From the NCBI GenBank assembly GCA_965218435.1, contig CBDCKW010000009.1:768001-832000 (forward strand): a DNA stretch of 64,000 nucleotides, given 5' to 3'. The position numbers and the translations under genes are program-made. Positions 63,013-64,000 of the stretch are shown here, piece after piece. Position 1 is the stretch's first letter, and each line of letters begins with the position of its first letter. This stretch comes from Truepera sp. (GTDB lineage: Bacteria; Deinococcota; Deinococci; Deinococcales; Trueperaceae). The notes beneath the pieces are model-generated. The model had not been told where the DNA came from, ran no database searches, and saw only the letters and a list, made by a program, of their open reading frames with translations.

Positions 63013-63438
63013 TGTACTGTCCCCTGTGCTGCCTCTAAACCGGTAATGTGCCCTGAAGCTGAGCGGGTTGTAAACCACAAGTTCATGATTCTCCCTAGCG
63101 CCGAGTGATATACACCAAGGCTTGATAGGGCAATCTTACCGCATCTGTAAATAAACTGAGTAATAAACCCCGTATTAGACGTTCATCTACGGCTTTTTAG
63201 GCGGTTGCTGGTGGCTCGAGCCTGTCACGAAGTTTTTCCTACGGGACTTCTTTCAGCTTGGGGCCAACATCGTTTAAGTTGCCGTAAGCGGTGTGCCTTG
63301 TCCTTCCGGATCAGTAAAGAGAAATACACTAAATCTAAATCTTCGGGTAACACGTTGCAATCGTCGCCTAAACACAATTTTCGGTGTGTTTCAAGTTTGA
63401 TTGGGACGCGAAAGAAGGTAGATTTGCGCTGCTCAACC

Positions 63439-63750
63439 CTATAGTGAATCCCACAGTTCGACCTCGAGCCGACTCTCGGTCACCCTGTACTCGCCCTGCG
63501 CCGCCACAAACGCTTCGATACGGTGCAAGAGTGTCTCGAGTCCCACCCTGTCGCTGCTGATGACGCTGACGCCGATCTCTTCCCAAGTGTGCTCATCTGC
63601 GCCGCCAAGCCGCGCCGCCGACACCGAAAAACGTACCTTGAGTTTTTCAACGACCGGTTTCACAAGTCCGCGTTTCTCTTTTAACGAGCGTACCCAGGGC
63701 ATCTCGAGGCGGGCTTGGTACACTCCGACATAGACATTGGTATCTCTCAC
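63439..63750 (-). CDS. DUF503 (YlxP-like) protein
   Basis: SLKEKR..VK….LK.RF.VS.A; start taken at GTG 63750. Confidence 0.85.
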   Translation of the reverse strand: MRDTNVYVGVYQARLEMPWVRSLKEKRGLVKPVVEKLKVRFSVSAARLGGADEHTWEEIGVSVISSDRVGLETLLHRIEAFVAAQGEYRVTESRLEVELWDSL

Positions 63751-63760
63751 AAGGGTTCTT

Positions 63761-64000
63761 TCATCCAGAGTTCTTTTGGCCTCTCGAGCCCAACACTCGC
63801 CCATAGATGTGTTCAGGGCGCAGCGCGTAGTCTTTGGTAGCTAACGCCAGCGCCGCACCGTCGTCAGCGTCGGGAACTTGTACCTGCAGGTCGTAAACAG
63901 CGGCGTCGTAGGCACTTTTGGTCACGGCTTCTAACAAGGCTGCCCTCGCCTCGGTGTCAGCCTCAACATTTTCAGTCTCGGGGACGCTCAGGCGGTTGAC
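63761..64000 (-). CDS. 3' end of a hypothetical protein starting beyond the window
   Basis: Open minus frame VNRLSVPETE…YDLQVQVPD…KDYALRPEHIYGRVLGSRGQKNSG*. Confidence 0.55.
   Translation of the reverse strand, partial: VNRLSVPETENVEADTEARAALLEAVTKSAYDAAVYDLQVQVPDADDGAALALATKDYALRPEHIYGRVLGSRGQKNSG

Noticed and set aside
63080..63438. Intergenic regions examined for riboswitches or RNA genes (also 5845-6200, 52530-52865, 58190-58670)
   Set aside because: No recognisable aptamer consensus or extended structure by eye; an Rfam scan would be needed to exclude one.

Overview
This is chromosomal DNA, most likely from a Deinococcota (Trueperaceae-like) bacterium. The inference rests on a Thermus PilF-type PilB and on many genes whose start codon lies 5-7 nt after a TANNNT box. 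Left to right: (1) the end of a rhamnosidase cluster (GH106-like and GH78); (2) a tRNA-Ala 3' fragment (att site) followed by a decayed integrative element. That element has an Xre-RelE-integrase operon whose integrase is split by an intact group II intron (7356-9764), plus IS630 and IS5 wrecks. (3) leuC-methyltransferase-leuD with an unannotated Leu leader-peptide attenuator; (4) a DUF3618/holin-like cluster and yqeG-pilB-pilT; (5) tatD, rlpA and trpBA with an unannotated Trp leader peptide; (6) two small conflict islets. One holds Uma2, a HEPN-CBS fusion, an orphan antitoxin and an HNH remnant. The other holds HicB, DUF433/DUF5615, VapBC and a frameshifted ABC-ATPase/TOPRIM nuclease. (7) sucCD, mog and a surface-glycosylation cluster; (8) lgt, a uridyltransferase-only GlmU, lysA, katG and fakA. 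Across the window the palindrome CTCGAG is roughly ten-fold over-represented by hand count but was not seen in the intron. No CRISPR array, rRNA or complete tRNA was seen. All family calls are from motif recognition, not database searches.
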